A stretch of 64,000 nt of DNA from the NCBI RefSeq assembly GCF_964355755.1, contig NC_092675.1, positions 14,976,912 through 15,040,911 on the forward strand, in the 5' to 3' direction. Position numbers and translations under genes: made by a program. Numbering within the stretch: the first letter of the stretch is position 1; each line of letters begins with the position of its first letter. Shown in pieces: positions 51,398 to 64,000 of this stretch. The notes beneath the pieces are model-generated. The model worked only from the letters and a program-made list of their open reading frames with translations. It was not told the origin of the DNA and did no database searches. Source of the DNA: Antedon mediterranea. Lineage: Eukaryota; Animalia; Echinodermata.

Positions 51398-52036
51398 CAT
51401 ATCATATCATATCATATCATTTATTTCGCCAATATACAGAACAGTACAAAAAAAACAATACAAAAGTAAGTCAATGAGGCCGGATAACCTAAAAGTTATA
51501 AATAAAAATAACCGTCGAGAGGCTCTCCACATCGAAATACTTACATAAAATGAATAATACATGGATTCTATTAAAATTGAGATAAAACTATCAAATTCAG
51601 CAATGGGTTTTTATAAAAAATTGTTAATTTAAAAAGATAGAATAGAAAATATCTTTAAAATATACATATGTTCAGATTAAAACAGATTATTAAAATATTT
51701 CTTAAGGCTATGCTTAAAACAGTTTATATTAATTAAAAGTTGGTCGCAGAGATCCGCAGGAAGATCTCTAAAATGTCTAACAAAAAAATTAAAGACAGAG
51801 TTATGAAATAAATCAGTCCGGGCTATAAATTTATTGCGCAACTTAAGGTTATTAACATGTCTGCAATTAATAGATAAATATTTAAAAACTTTAACATCAT
51901 ATAATTTGTAAATACATTTGGTAACAAAATTAATACATAAATACCTAATACGATTGTTAATGGACATCAGATTAAGGCGTTTTAAACGTTCAGGGTAAGG
52001 GAGACTGGCTGATCTTGGGAAGCATGTACGGTGCAA
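51398..52036 (-). mobile_element. CR1-type LINE 3' fragment
   Basis: ORF 51677-52036 YPERLKRLNLMSINNR..FFVRHF; AATAAA + (ATGAT)n tail at ~51400-51425. Confidence 0.7.
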
Positions 52037-54685
52037 TACAATACACCAATTATGGTGTTTAATGGCTATAGTTACAATTTACTCACCGTCGCAACGGCTA
52101 ACTACAGTACATACGGGAGTGGATTGTACAGAGAAGGCCACTGTTAACGATCAGCTAACTAACAAACGTATTCCACAACCGCTCTATGGATTCGCCCACA
52201 ATGTGGTACTTTTACTAACCCTGTAGTCCCTGATACCGGCAACAAAAACGTGCTCGACTGCCTACTCGAAGTACACTAACTAAACCTCTCCCTGTAGCGA
52301 TACAATATGACTTGCTATGCATCTTCGCATATTAATTACTATACAGCTGAATTATACAATACTATATTGTATGACATGCCAATCACGCATTTTCTATAAC
52401 CATTGGCTCTTGGATTATTCAATGCAGGTTTATCCAACTATTTATATTAATTAGTGAAACCCTATATCATTTCAAATATAAATACTGTTTTAAGATGTAA
52501 AAGTGTAAAATTACTTGATAAGTGGATAATCAAAGCATGATAGTAATATAAAAGGTTACTACTAATTATTTGTCATCAAATGAATAAGATAATATGTTGT
52601 GAACGAGAGAGCCCTAGAATTGGCAGCACTGATATGCCATGACCATTAGGGAAGGGGAATGTAGTTGAAAAAACCTGTAGGTGAAAAAGTGTAACATAAA
52701 CGCCATGAGCAATGATCGATGGTGCTATACAATTGGAAATTGTTATTCAAAAATGTTCAAAAACATGTTTGTTTTTTGTTTGTTTGATTTATTTGAAAAA
52801 TACTCAGTATTATTGCATGAAATGAATATAAATGTATAAAATAAAATTCCAGTTTATTTTATTAAGTTATTTATGAATCTACCCTCCTGTTATTGGCGAA
52901 TTTCTTTTGCTGTTGGTTGGGTTGGGAAATAAAATAAAAATAAGTTATTATTTTGCATGCGTGCCACAGTCAATCATATTATGCCCTCTCTGTTATTCCT
53001 GTATCATAGTAACATTTAATGCCAGCATATTTTTAATGCCAAATGTGTAGTCTTACTACTCATAAACATTTACTGATTTGTCTTTAAAGTTGATGATTTG
53101 CTTTAGCGTGTTTATGACAGGAATTCCTTGAGTTTAGTAGCTCAAATTTCTTAAAGGTATTAAATGATTCAACCATATTTATTAGACAATGCTATTAGTG
53201 CCTAAAGATTACAAAATGTTTTATCAGGGGGTAGATCCAGGGTTTTTGCACCTAGAGTGTGCAGTCACCCTTTTTGATAGCTAAAATTAATTAATGCTAT
53301 TTTAGCGCTTTTTTGTTTGAAAAATCCTGCATCTACCCTGCTGATTGGACTGACAAAGTTTGAAATGAAATCTCATTAATAATAATATTTTCTTTTGCGT
53401 GTGATTACTCGTTGTTGTCAAAGTATTTCAGCTACACTGTGCTCCCATAACTTAAGCTCCCATAACTTTGACATATCAATGTAATCTTTTTACTTTACTT
53501 CCTTATTGTCAAGATTTCCTATGAAAAAAACCCACATCCTAGACAACATTAAATTGCATTCATGTTGTGTGTTGTATATTTGAAGGGGTGTTTATTTTTA
53601 ACTAAAATACCATGTAGTCTAAATAGAAAATAATATCTATGATATATATAAATTTAGCCAACTCCATTATGTAGATGCCTCTATTGGGGGATGGGGACAC
53701 TTTTGAATATGCCAAAGTTCAGATTTTTTATTTTTTGTACCCTAGTTGTTCCATGTGAATTTTATTTTTGAGGATCAATAAAAGTTATCTTATCTTATCT
53801 TATGTGTACCGAAATAGGTATAAAACGTGCACAGCTGTCCCAATATAAACGAGCTATTCAAAGTTAATGAACAGAAGTATTTTAAATGACACTTTGCAGA
53901 CCTCCCAACCCCGATAATTGCGGGAGTCTCCCAATATTTTGAGTCATCTCCCGCTTTCCAGCTAAAACGCAATTTCCCCTATTATTTTGGATAAACTAAA
54001 AAAATCTTTATTTTTAAATTTATAATTTCTACTACTCTAGAGAGAATAGAAAAAAATGTTTATAATCCATTCATGCATTATTTAATAAGTGAAATAATGA
54101 GTTGCCAACGCATTTTTCGCACCTGTTATAGATGCCAATATTTTTAGGTTTTTCATAGAGCCCACTATGGTTTGATGTATTATAGCGCCCTTAACTTTTA
54201 AAAGTTTCATAAAAAGCTTCCATTATATCATTTGTCCAAGGGTCATCTGCACTTTGCAATTTATATAAATGGATGCCAGGTTTTTGCGAGAAAAATCATT
54301 ATATTCTTATTAAACCTGTCACTTTGTGCCTTCGTATTGTGAACAATATCATAATTTCATATACATGTCATCTTTTGTGACAATTGCACTGATGCGCTTT
54401 ACAAATAGAAAGATGCTAAAATCCACCTCATTCTAGAATATGGCCCTTGTCAGTTTTTTCCTCTTGCGCTCAACAATTCCGAGAGTTCCGTTAACTACAA
54501 GATCCTTCTGAACTGCATGTTATTTTATTCATATTCTTATACATCAACTCTGTGACCTCCATATAATCACACTTGCTACATTCCCCAGGATGCTATATTT
54601 TGGTTTTTTTGTACCCCTCATGAACGCATCACAAAATAAACAATAAATATATACTCTCATTTCATATAATATAATAATACTTTTT

Positions 54686-55031
54686 ATATACGGCTTTACC
54701 ACGTTGAAACACCGGTTCTCGTCAGATCACCGAAGTTAAGCAACGTTAGGCCTGGTTAGAGCTTGGATGGGAGACCATCTGGGAATAGCGGGTGCTGTAT
54801 ACGGAGCTGAGGCATTTGAAATCAGCACTGCTGACTCTTATGGCAGCCCCTGCTTCTAGTATCTGCCTCAGACCTCTGGTCAAGGTGGGCACTGGACGAG
54901 AGAAGCCCTTGATCTATGTCAGGACCAATCAAGGTGCTTTAAACTCTCCTGGCTTTGTTTGTATCAAACCTGTTAGTGGCGGTAATTATCGCTGTTGGTT
55001 TCGATTGAATAAAATAAAAATAAAAATAAAA
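54686..55031 (+). mobile_element. 5S rRNA-derived SINE (SINE3)
   Basis: 54686-54802 is a full-length 5S-like head (ACCACGTTGAAACACCGGTTCTCGTC..GAAGTTAAGCAACG..TTGGATGGGAGACC..TGGGAATA..GTGCTGTA) with no T-run terminator, then a unique body, a LINE-like tail and (TAAAA)n. Confidence 0.85.
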
Positions 55032-55419
55032 TACATTTCTATTAATACATGTTATTTTCAATAATAATACAATTTCCTACTTAACATCTAATATTCAAGT
55101 AACAATGTTTGTTTTTTCTTCTGATTAGAACAATCAGTTGTATTCATTTCGTAAGATATTATCTTATATAATTTCTACTAGTACTGATATCTTCTTTGTA
55201 TACATATAATCTATTCTAACACATTCCCATTTTCTTAGCATTTTTTTTCATTTTTTTTTATAGATATTTACAATCATAGTATACTATTACCGTTGCATTT
55301 GTTTCGATCAAACATATATTCAATTAACAATGCATATTCTCTCTTTTAACTGTAAATTACAACTTACTAGCTATTTAAACTAACAAAATATTAACATTGC
55401 TTTTTATTTTGAATAACAA

Positions 55420-56505
55420 AATATTTTCATTTACCATTGCTTTTTATTTTAAATAAATTCACTTTTCAACAGTTTCTTTTGCCTTATTGTTACATAAAAT
55501 TTACTTGAAACATAGCGAATGTTGCATGAATTAGTGAGTGAGTCCAAGATATATGATAAAAACCATAAAATATTTAACTACATAAAATGTCGTATATTAT
55601 GTTACCAATCTTAGTACAAATATTGCACATTCCTTGTGATTAGTTCATTATGAAAGACATTAATAAGATTGTTTTTATGGTTACTGTGTTTAAATTTACA
55701 TATTGAGAATTTAGCAATAAAAATAATTTTATTTATATATTTACAATTCATTCTTTGTGCGTAAAATCCAAACATAACATGTTCTAACTCTATATTTATC
55801 ATTATATTTCGTCTCAGTTCATCCCATAAACAGGAGACTCTGGGACACAGATATAAATAATGTTCTATATTATCTATCAATTGTGCATTACAGAAGTTAC
55901 AAAACTGATCTTCAATTATTCCCATTTTTTTCATTAAAATGTTTGTTGGGTAACAATTATTCAGGATTTTCCAGTTTGTGGAGAATACTCTAGGGTATTG
56001 GGAGACTATGCATAGATTGTTCCAAATATCATCCCAATTAAATTCATAACATTTGAAACGATGTTGCCAGTACACTTGGCTGCTTGGTGGTTTGAAATAT
56101 TTATGTAAAAGTTCATACCTTATTAATAGATTTGTTAGTGACTCTATTGTTACAAACTGATTCTTTGTGTAAAATCCAGGCGAATTAAGTACTTGGTCAA
56201 AGTTTTGGTTATAGTTACCATAAATCCACTCTTTTGGAATTGCCTTAAAAAGCATAAAGTATTCTATGGTGAAGGATTCTTTTCTTTGCACCACTTCTTT
56301 AAGTTGTGAAAAAGACTTTAATGTTGCATCTTTATTAAAAAGATCTTTTATATAAACGATCCCGTTCTCTAACCATATTTTTTTTAAATACAGTTGCCTA
56401 TTTTCATATGTAATGCAAGAATTGCACCAAATAATCTCGTTTACTGGCATACCCACTTCAATTGTATTCTTGGGAGTTTTAAGTTCATACCAACATAACA
56501 AACAC
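55420..56505 (-). mobile_element. L1/Tx1-clade LINE 3' fragment
   Basis: ORF 55611-56573: IWCNSCI..WLENGIVYIKDLF, zf-RVT-like WKILNNCYPTN..CNFC..IEHYLYLC. Confidence 0.8.
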
Positions 56506-56508
56506 TTA

Positions 56509-56686
56509 AGCTTGGTTCCCACTAGAACGTAACGCAAGGACGTAAACGCAACGCAAGCGAATTGACCAATCACAAACGATGGCTTTTTCGCTTGTGATTG
56601 CTAACTGTCTATAACTTCGCTTGTCATTGGTTAAAACGCTTGCGTTGCGTTTACGTCTTGCGTTACGTTCTAGTGGGAACCAAGCT
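56509..56686. mobile_element. PIF/Harbinger-type MITE (178 bp)
   Basis: ~50-bp TIR AGCTTGGTTCCCACTAGAACGTAACGCAAG..; TWA on both flanks (TTA/TAA, not identical). Confidence 0.8.
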
Positions 56687-57099
56687 TAAACATAAAATTC
56701 GTTCATTTGCGTCTGTAAAGTTGTATAAAGTTGTGATGCAAAGGAATTAAAATAGAGAGAGATAAATATTAATTAATTATAATATTCTTATATATTCAGA
56801 ATAGATTACTGTATTTGACATTTGCTCATTATTTACAATACCTTAGTATATTGTGTAATTAACAATTTGTTGAACTGAACCTAGTATTTTAACTGGTACC
56901 ATTTATTGCCGGGTTAGATGAAAGCCTTAATAAATCATACAATAACATTACAATTGTATTTTAATAACTTGATACATTCAGATTGACATTTAGTTGTTAT
57001 TGGAAGTGATTTAGAAAGGAAACGGTTTTGTCATAATTAATTGTAATCATTTTCATATTTTCGTTAACTACTTTTCATCATTCTGATGTATATATATAG

Positions 57100-57187
57100 T
57101 GATTGGGTATACAATGGTGTATATGACAATGGCAGAGATGGTACAGACAAAAACTCGGCAAGGGGTTTTAATTATCATCTTGGACCT
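57100..57187 (+). CDS. AGL: Glycogen debranching enzyme exon
   Basis: AG/GTAAGT bounded; [29 protein letters not shown]. Confidence 0.93.
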
Positions 57188-57442
57188 GTAAGTAGTTAAT
57201 AGTACACTATTGCGTTTTTTCTTTTTCAGGTTACCCTTCATACTTTTATTTTTAGAGTAATATTTATATTTCTCAGATCAAATTTTAATTTCTACTGCAT
57301 TTCTGCAGTTAAAATTGTAAGATATTTTTATTGGACTGAGTTCTTATTTAGTATGGTTAAAGTTCAGCATTTGAACATAGGTTGTTACTCCCTGATTTCA
57401 ACTATACTTGGAAAGAATTAATGATAACATTTAATTAAACAG

Positions 57443-57730
57443 GAATGGATCTGGCCTATAGGTTATTTCTTACGTGCAAAGTTGCACTTCAGCAAACTAC
57501 TTCTACCAGTCACAGGTCAAGCTGAGGTCATCCGTCAGGTCCAACAAACACTAATACCACATCATCAAGCATTAGAATCATCACCATGGAGAGGATTGCC
57601 AGAATTAACCAATGAGAATGGGGCTTACTGCAAAGATAGCTGTCCAACTCAGGCATGGTCTATGGGTTGTATTTTAGAGGTTTTGTATGATTTAGATAAG
57701 ATTATTAAAAGCAAAGAAAATATAGATTAA
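57443..57730 (+). CDS. AGL: Glycogen debranching enzyme terminal coding exon
   Basis: AG at 57441-42; [52 protein letters not shown]..stop TAA 57728-30. Confidence 0.95.
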   Translation, partial: EWIWPIGYFLRAKLHFSKLLLPVTGQAEVIRQVQQTLIPHHQALESSPWRGLPELTNENGAYCKDSCPTQAWSMGCILEVLYDLDKIIKSKENID

Positions 57731-58189
57731 ACAAATAGATATATGCACCAGTTAATTATTTTAGGATTGAGGTGATGGTTATGAATGAAAAGGCAAGTAG
57801 AATCTGTGATTCCTAGGCCTACAATGTTAATTGGAGGTGAAGGGGATTTTAAATAAAGTGATTTTAGTGACATTTTTGTGCTGGAGTGTGGAACAGAGAA
57901 ACGATTTATATTTACGGTAGTCATTATACAACGTTTTTCCATTGCTGTTAAACAGATAGACGTATTCTGGATACTGCTCGTCTAAAGCAAGTTCACAAGT
58001 CATAAAACCACATATTAAAATATTTATCTTTAGCTTATAAAACATATAATATAATTGCAGTTGTGATTATTGGTAGAATAGCATGTAAAAAAATTAATTA
58101 GCTTATGACATCCTTAGATGAGATTCTATGTAGTTTATAAGATTTGAGGTGAAAGAAACATTGTAGTAATTTTTAATTTTTTTTATTTC

Positions 58190-58410
58190 ATACGTGTATC
58201 CAAACAGCGAGTAACTCGCCAATTACAGGATGGATATATTTTTTGAATTTCTTTGATAAACTATTTTATAATTGATCGTGCTTATAAACGAAGTCTCATT
58301 TGAGGCTTATGGAGTGGAGTTGAAAGACTCGTGAGTTACAACCCTGGCACCAGGTCAGGATTGGGATTGGGATTGGAAGGCAAGCATGTTAACCACGAAG
58401 CTTCAGCTAC
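58190..58410 (-). mobile_element. Degenerate tRNA-derived SINE fragment
   Basis: Minus strand begins GAAGCTTCGTGGTTAACATGCTTGCCTTCCAA (tRNA-like 5' half); B-box not intact. Confidence 0.35.
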
Positions 58411-58708
58411 AAAGCTACACATTTGTTAACAGTGTATAAAAGTATCAATTCACAAATTCACATTTGTTGTTTACTTTAAATATTTAAATACTACAGTAGC
58501 TACCCACAGAATGTATGTAACTGTTGACAGCAAGGTTGTGTTGAATAAAGAGTATCTAAAGTGTAAATTGATGGTTAAAATGCTTGCTTACAAACCCCAT
58601 CCCCGCCTGGCTTTGTTGACTTTTACCACTGGTTAAACCAATACAAATTTAATCTATGAAAATCACTATAATTCTATTCTATATGTCTAGTAAAACTATT
58701 CAAGAATA

Positions 58709-59150
58709 GTTTCAAATTAATTAATTAAATTTCAGTATTTCACCGGGCGGTTTAGAATTAATGTTCTTTGCCTGATTTGTTTATATAGGCCTATATAAAA
58801 GTATCTCTTTGAAGATCCCGCCTCGTGAATAAATATACTGAAAGATGAGGGCGTATCAATTTGATCTCTGGTGCGCGTACGTACAACTGAGAACTAGTGC
58901 TGTTCCGCCGTACCACGCCGAGAGTCGCTATCCAATCGAGTTTGAACAATACCATGAAAGCCCCAGTGGTCTAATGGTTAGGACATCTGCATATCAAGCA
59001 GGCGGTCCGAGTTCAAGTCTCGGTTGGGGCGACTTTTTCTCATTCTCACTGTCTCACAGATTTCCTCATCTTTATCGTTTCAAATTAATTAATTAAATTT
59101 CAGTATTTCACCGGGCGGTTAGAATTAATGTTCTTTGCCTGATTTGTTTA
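58709..59150 (+). repeat. 368-bp unit bounded by 75/74-bp direct repeats, enclosing a tRNA
   Basis: 58709-58783 and 59077-59150 are identical except for one T indel. Confidence 0.9.
58960..59031 (+). tRNA. tRNA-like gene, anticodon ATC (nominally Asp); possibly a repeat-borne pseudo-tRNA
   Basis: Cloverleaf by hand: acceptor GCCCCAG/TTGGGGC, D GTCT/GGAC, anticodon stem TCTGC/GCAGG with loop AT-ATC-AA, T stem CCGAG/CTCGG with loop TTCAAGT, G73, TTTTT terminator 2 nt later. Confidence 0.8.
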
Positions 59151-59529
59151 GAAATATAAATTAGTGAAACATTTAGATGTGCAATTATGATGGGTTTGCA
59201 ATTAAGATTTACTGATTATACATTTGTCATTATTATTACTCTATAATATTATTTATGTTGCTGTTCACTTTAACCAATTAATAAATATTCACTGCAATGG
59301 ACTGAAAACAATAGTTTCCTTTGTGTTATGAATTAAATGTTTGTATGCTTGTTTTTAATCATAGAGATATCGCTATGGTTTAATTGACTTCTATATCGTA
59401 CTTGAACTTAAAACCTACTAACCATCGACAAACCTCTTATCTATTCTTCAGTATCTAATATTTTATTTAGATTGAAAATACTTCCTCAAGCAAATGAGCT
59501 CTTGTGAAATACCCACATTATTTCCCTAA

Positions 59530-59693
59530 TCTATATATAAATTTATGTAAGGGCAAAATTCGGTAAATCACGCGTTACTTCTAGAATGTTTACTCGATGG
59601 TATATAAAGTTGGTTCGTACTTTCGGTACTGACTTTAACCACCTGATGTAACCCTGTTTACTAATTAAATTGAGTTAGATAATTAGTTATTGA
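59530..59693 (+). mobile_element. 5' fragment of the same Helitron family as 2574-3943
   Basis: A|TCTATATATA..GTAAGGGCAAAATTCGGTAAATC.. is the reverse complement of 3780-3943. Confidence 0.8.
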
Positions 59694-60989
59694 CTCTGGC
59701 ATATTTGTGTTTAAAAATAACTTATTTAGAATATCTTGGATTAAAATCAACAAAATCATGAACAAAATCAATTCGACCATACACACATTTCATAATAAAA
59801 AGTATACTTAGAAAACACATTCTCTGGTCCATAGATGGTAAATTTAAATGTTCGAGCCGTTTCTCATAATCGCCCTTATCACACAATTTTGTGATCCTTC
59901 GAAGAGGTTTATTTATGCTATAGATCTGTATTTAAGCTCTATATTTTGGTCTATTTCATTCTTCTTCCTATTGTCCTAATATAAACAAGTGTTCTTTTGT
60001 TTACTTACAGTATTTATTTATTAAAAAACATAACACTGATGTCTTTTTAACATTCATAACAAGTTTTAAACAAATGTAGAATACGTATCTATCCTACGCG
60101 GTTGTCCAGTCAGTTTGTAAATGGTTATAAGAAATAACAAGATCATAATTTACCGCTTACCTTTACTGCTCGTCTGTGTAAATTGGTCTTTAGTGAGAAA
60201 CAAAGAGGCGTGTACGATTTAAGGAAAAGGTGGGAAGAAGAGCAAATTGCTGGCCTGTAATCCTAATTTTCCAAGATAAAATGAACGTTAAAGTTTCTTT
60301 TTTAGGAATTCATAACAAATTAATTTTGTTCTTCATAAATATTTGTATTGACGTCATATAAACTATTAATATTAGTAATCAATTTACTTCTTTTTACATT
60401 TATATGGTTTCAAAATTATCACTTTTGTTTTGTATTCCTTGTTTTGTTTATTGCTTATTCCTAATAATTTGTTTTAGTATCCCAAGGACTTAAACTTAAA
60501 CTGTTTTACAAGTTTGTTTCGTATGATTATTCTGTTTTTTTTAAAGTATATTTCAAAACAATTCAATTCCTAATAATTTTAATGATTAGGAATTGAATTG
60601 CTTAAAACAATTAATTTGACATGTTATTCAAAGGATTGTTTAGGAAGTTAGACGACCTTAACAACAGAAAACAAAAATAAATAGAGAATATATATCGTAT
60701 GTTTAGATTACAGACGCATGGTGAAGCGCATTTAAAACAAATTAATATCAAAATGTTTTAAAGACAATTGTTTTCTTGACGAAAATAAATTTGTGCCGTA
60801 CCTAATTTGTATGAACCACAATCGTGAGCAACTTTGTGCAGTCTTAATTGCAATATCATAAATAATATAATGTATACATACTGTCTATGTAGGGGATCTG
60901 GTTTAAGTTGGTATAATACATTCGAAGATATACCGTGTGGGTCTAATCTTTTTCAATTTAAAAAAAACAAAAAAAATAACACTTAAAAA

Positions 60990-61807
60990 AAGGCCTGTGC
61001 TCTTCAATTATAATCTGAGTGGACATGATCTTGAGATGGTTTATGTATGGAAAGATTTAGGTATTTTTATTGATAGTAAATTAAATTTTTCACATATTAA
61101 TCATGTGTTGTCAAAAGCTAATAGAATGATGGGCTTAATATGGAGAAATTGTAGGTTTATGAACGACGGCAGGGCACTTTTATCTTTATACAAATCTATT
61201 ATACGTCCTCACCTTGAATAATGTTCCGCAATTTTCAATTCAATTTCTCCATGTCAGGCCCGTCGAATCGACACTGTTCAACGGAAGTTTGTTCGATTCC
61301 TGTCTTATAACTGTGTTAATTTTGCCTTTTCCATTGATTCTGTCAGCAATCGTCGAACGATATCTGATATGGTTTTTTTATATAATATTTTAAATTCTAA
61401 ATATGACTGTTCATTAATTTCACTATTTAGTTTAAATGTTCCTGGTCGTACACGAAATAGACATTTATTGCATATTCCTTTTAGCCGTGTCGACTGTACT
61501 AAGAGCGGACTTTTTCATAGACTACCTTATACATTTAATAATCTAAATAGCAATCATATCGATATTTTTAATGATAGACTTGGTTATTTTAAGAGGACGA
61601 TTATGTGTTCACTTCTTGAACAGCCTGCATAACCTGTTTTAATTGAAATTGTTTATGGCATGCCAATTTATGTTTTATATATATATATATATATTTTTTT
61701 TTGTTAACCGTTTTTGATGTTGTATTGTTTTATGTTTCAAACCTGTTAGTGGCGGTATTTATCGCTTTTGGTTTTGATTGAATAAAATAAAATAAAATAA
61801 AATAAAA
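60990..61807 (+). mobile_element. CR1-type LINE 3' fragment
   Basis: KDLGIFIDSKLNF..KANRMMGLI..LYKSIIRPHLE; second ORF 61369-61632; 3' UTR ending in (TAAAA)n. Confidence 0.85.
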
Positions 61808-64000
61808 TTTACACCCTCAACTCTATTCCTACCTGTTTTTTGTGTTGTGCAGTATAGACATTTTTTAGTCGGGTCACATTGTCCAACGGAATTATAACCT
61901 AGATACATCTAGAGATGGTGCTTCTAAATATCGTTGTTAAAATTATTATTATTATTATTAGTGTTATTATTATTATTATTAATATTATTGGGTTTTTAAA
62001 ATTATTATTTTGGATTCACAATATCAAATTTTGATTTCTTTGTATGTTTCAATCAAATTTGACTTCAATTTATATAATATAAAATAACGATATGAATGTG
62101 ATGATATTTTTCAAGGTCATCTTTGTTCTGAATTGTTTTTTTTTATGAATTATTATTCTATTATTCATTTTGTTACATTGAATATTTATCCCTGGCTATC
62201 TTATGATTTGCACAGCAATCAATACCAGTTAAAAACAATTAATTATTAAATGTGAATAGAATACGCATTGTTTTAATATTCCAAGGTAAACTGTCTTAGC
62301 GAAGTAAAATTATACCACAAACTTCTTTTTATTAAAATCTAATTTGCAAGTATAACACAATCGCTGTTTTTACCATCTGCTAAGTTTACCATAATATGAT
62401 AATTTTAGTGTTGAAGGTTAGGACCTAATCTTAATTAATTGATTCGATATGAAATTCGAATTTATTTTTTTTATTTCTAAGAGTGCGGTATTTTGTTTAA
62501 TCATGGATGGTTTAATGAATATTTATACAGCGCTTTAAAGTGTAAAAAAAGTAGTCTTTCATAAAGAGTTAGAATTAGTGTTACCATTATTTGTTCTTTA
62601 AATTATGATTTTTCATAAAATTTCCGGTCCACTTTTTGGTCAAAATGAATAACTATTATGTGACATGAAAAATAATATAATGATATTCAAGGGGTACAAT
62701 ATATCTTGAATCTATGAGAATTGCATATATATTAAATCGTACCATAGTTGCCACTAATGTTAAACATTTCATTTGTACGTCCATTGTTATTAATATCGTT
62801 TTACAAACTATAATACTCTTAGGTTTAGAAAAGGTCTACCCGGTTAAATATACAATCCATTTTCTCAATATATAAGCTTACCAGCAAAAGTATGCGAAAT
62901 GTTTAATTATGGGTCACAATCAAGAATAAATTAATCTTAAATAAAACTTTGAAATAGAAAACTATGTAGGTCTACATTATTGTGTTTGTACGACAGTTGT
63001 TTTGCCAATCAAACCTAGCCGGTGATCACTTTAGCAGGAGGAGGCGTTCATTGGTTAAACTCTTCGAACTATATTTCACTTCCTGCTGCTGGCACACCTA
63101 GCATTCAGCTTTCTACAGTTAAAAATATACCTTCTAAGTGTAAACAAGAGCAGTTACGGAAATATGGAACTCTGGACTACGCTGATATATGGCTTTGCAA
63201 TTCTACAATTAATTTCTGGTATGATATAATCTTTTTTTATAAGCTAGTAAATTATTCTTACACCATTTCGGTCTGTACTTTTTAATTAAGATGAAAATGT
63301 CAAAATGTATTATTTATTTATTCTGTCTTTATAGTGAATGACACTTTCTGTGCTAAAGCATTGATTTCGAATGTGGTTCAGTAGAGAACATCAACATATA
63401 ATAATAAAATCAAAGACATTTAGTTTAGTAATTTACATTAGTAGGCCTACACACAAATTTCCAATAAGCTAACTATCGAACAAAATATATAGTATAGGCC
63501 CATATAAATGATGGAAGAAATATTTAAGATAAAATATATATATACTGTTATGTTAATCAAAAGTATTTTGGATTGAATGTTTAAAAGTTTTAAAGTGTCA
63601 TTAATGTTTGTTTTTGTTTCATACACATCTGATCTCAATCGCAAATAAATAAATCATTATTATTATAATTAGTCTACCGATACAGCTTCTTATTAATTAT
63701 AAATTTAAAGTATGATGCGATGCCAATAATCTAGATTTTGTATTAATATTTTTTAGTATAACCTTCAACAAACGATTACTGAATAAACAAGTTATGCGAA
63801 TAAAACGTGCAATACTAACAAACATAGTTCTTTAATAATTCCGCTGTATAGTCCTATCATCATTTATTTGTTGTAAGATGCAACATTCTACATACTTCTC
63901 AAACAAATCATTTCACAAACATAAATGTATTTCAATATCGATTTGACAGCTTCCTCCCTAAAGTCAAGTCAAGTCAATTCAAGTCAAGTATCATTTATTA

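Noticed and set aside
54686-54802. Functional 5S rRNA gene
   Set aside because: Solitary, with several substitutions, no T-run terminator, and it continues into a SINE body with a LINE tail.
58784-59076. Hammerhead ribozyme in the tRNA cassette
   Set aside because: No CTGANGA..GAAA core found by eye on either strand (CTGAAAGATGAG does not fit); a covariance-model search would be needed to exclude other ribozymes.
61810-64000. Genes in the AT-rich distal region
   Set aside because: Only short ORFs without motifs; the (AAGTC)n run at the window end is probably the tail of a minus-strand LINE continuing outside.

Overview
AT-rich animal (metazoan) genomic DNA, probably a marine invertebrate such as an echinoderm (inferred from repeat families only). 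One host gene is visible: the 3' part of glycogen debranching enzyme (AGL) on the + strand. It has 9 GT-AG exons (12764-57730, 1543 coding nt including the stop) that splice into one open frame. The introns, including the presumed upstream intron, are filled with nested transposable elements. These include a decayed, intron-containing Chapaev/N-RAG-TP-type transposase with RAG1-like N-terminal zinc finger and RING (minus strand, about 0.4-7.6 kb) and a complete Zator transposon (TAA TSD). A 14-kb Helentron (23-aa repeats, OTU, Rep, Pif1, AP endonuclease) is joined head-to-tail to its own short derivatives and is itself invaded by a short-LTR Gypsy with a self-priming signature, two MULE-type foldback MITEs and a TAG..CTA mini-element. 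The window also holds Rex/CR1/L2/Tx1/RTEX-like LINE fragments, a Helitron, several MITEs, tRNA SINEs, and a 5S-derived SINE3 whose 3' tail matches a CR1 LINE in the same window. Downstream of AGL is a well-folding tRNA with the unusual anticodon ATC inside a 368-bp unit bounded by 75-bp direct repeats. All family assignments come from motif recognition by eye; no database searches were run.
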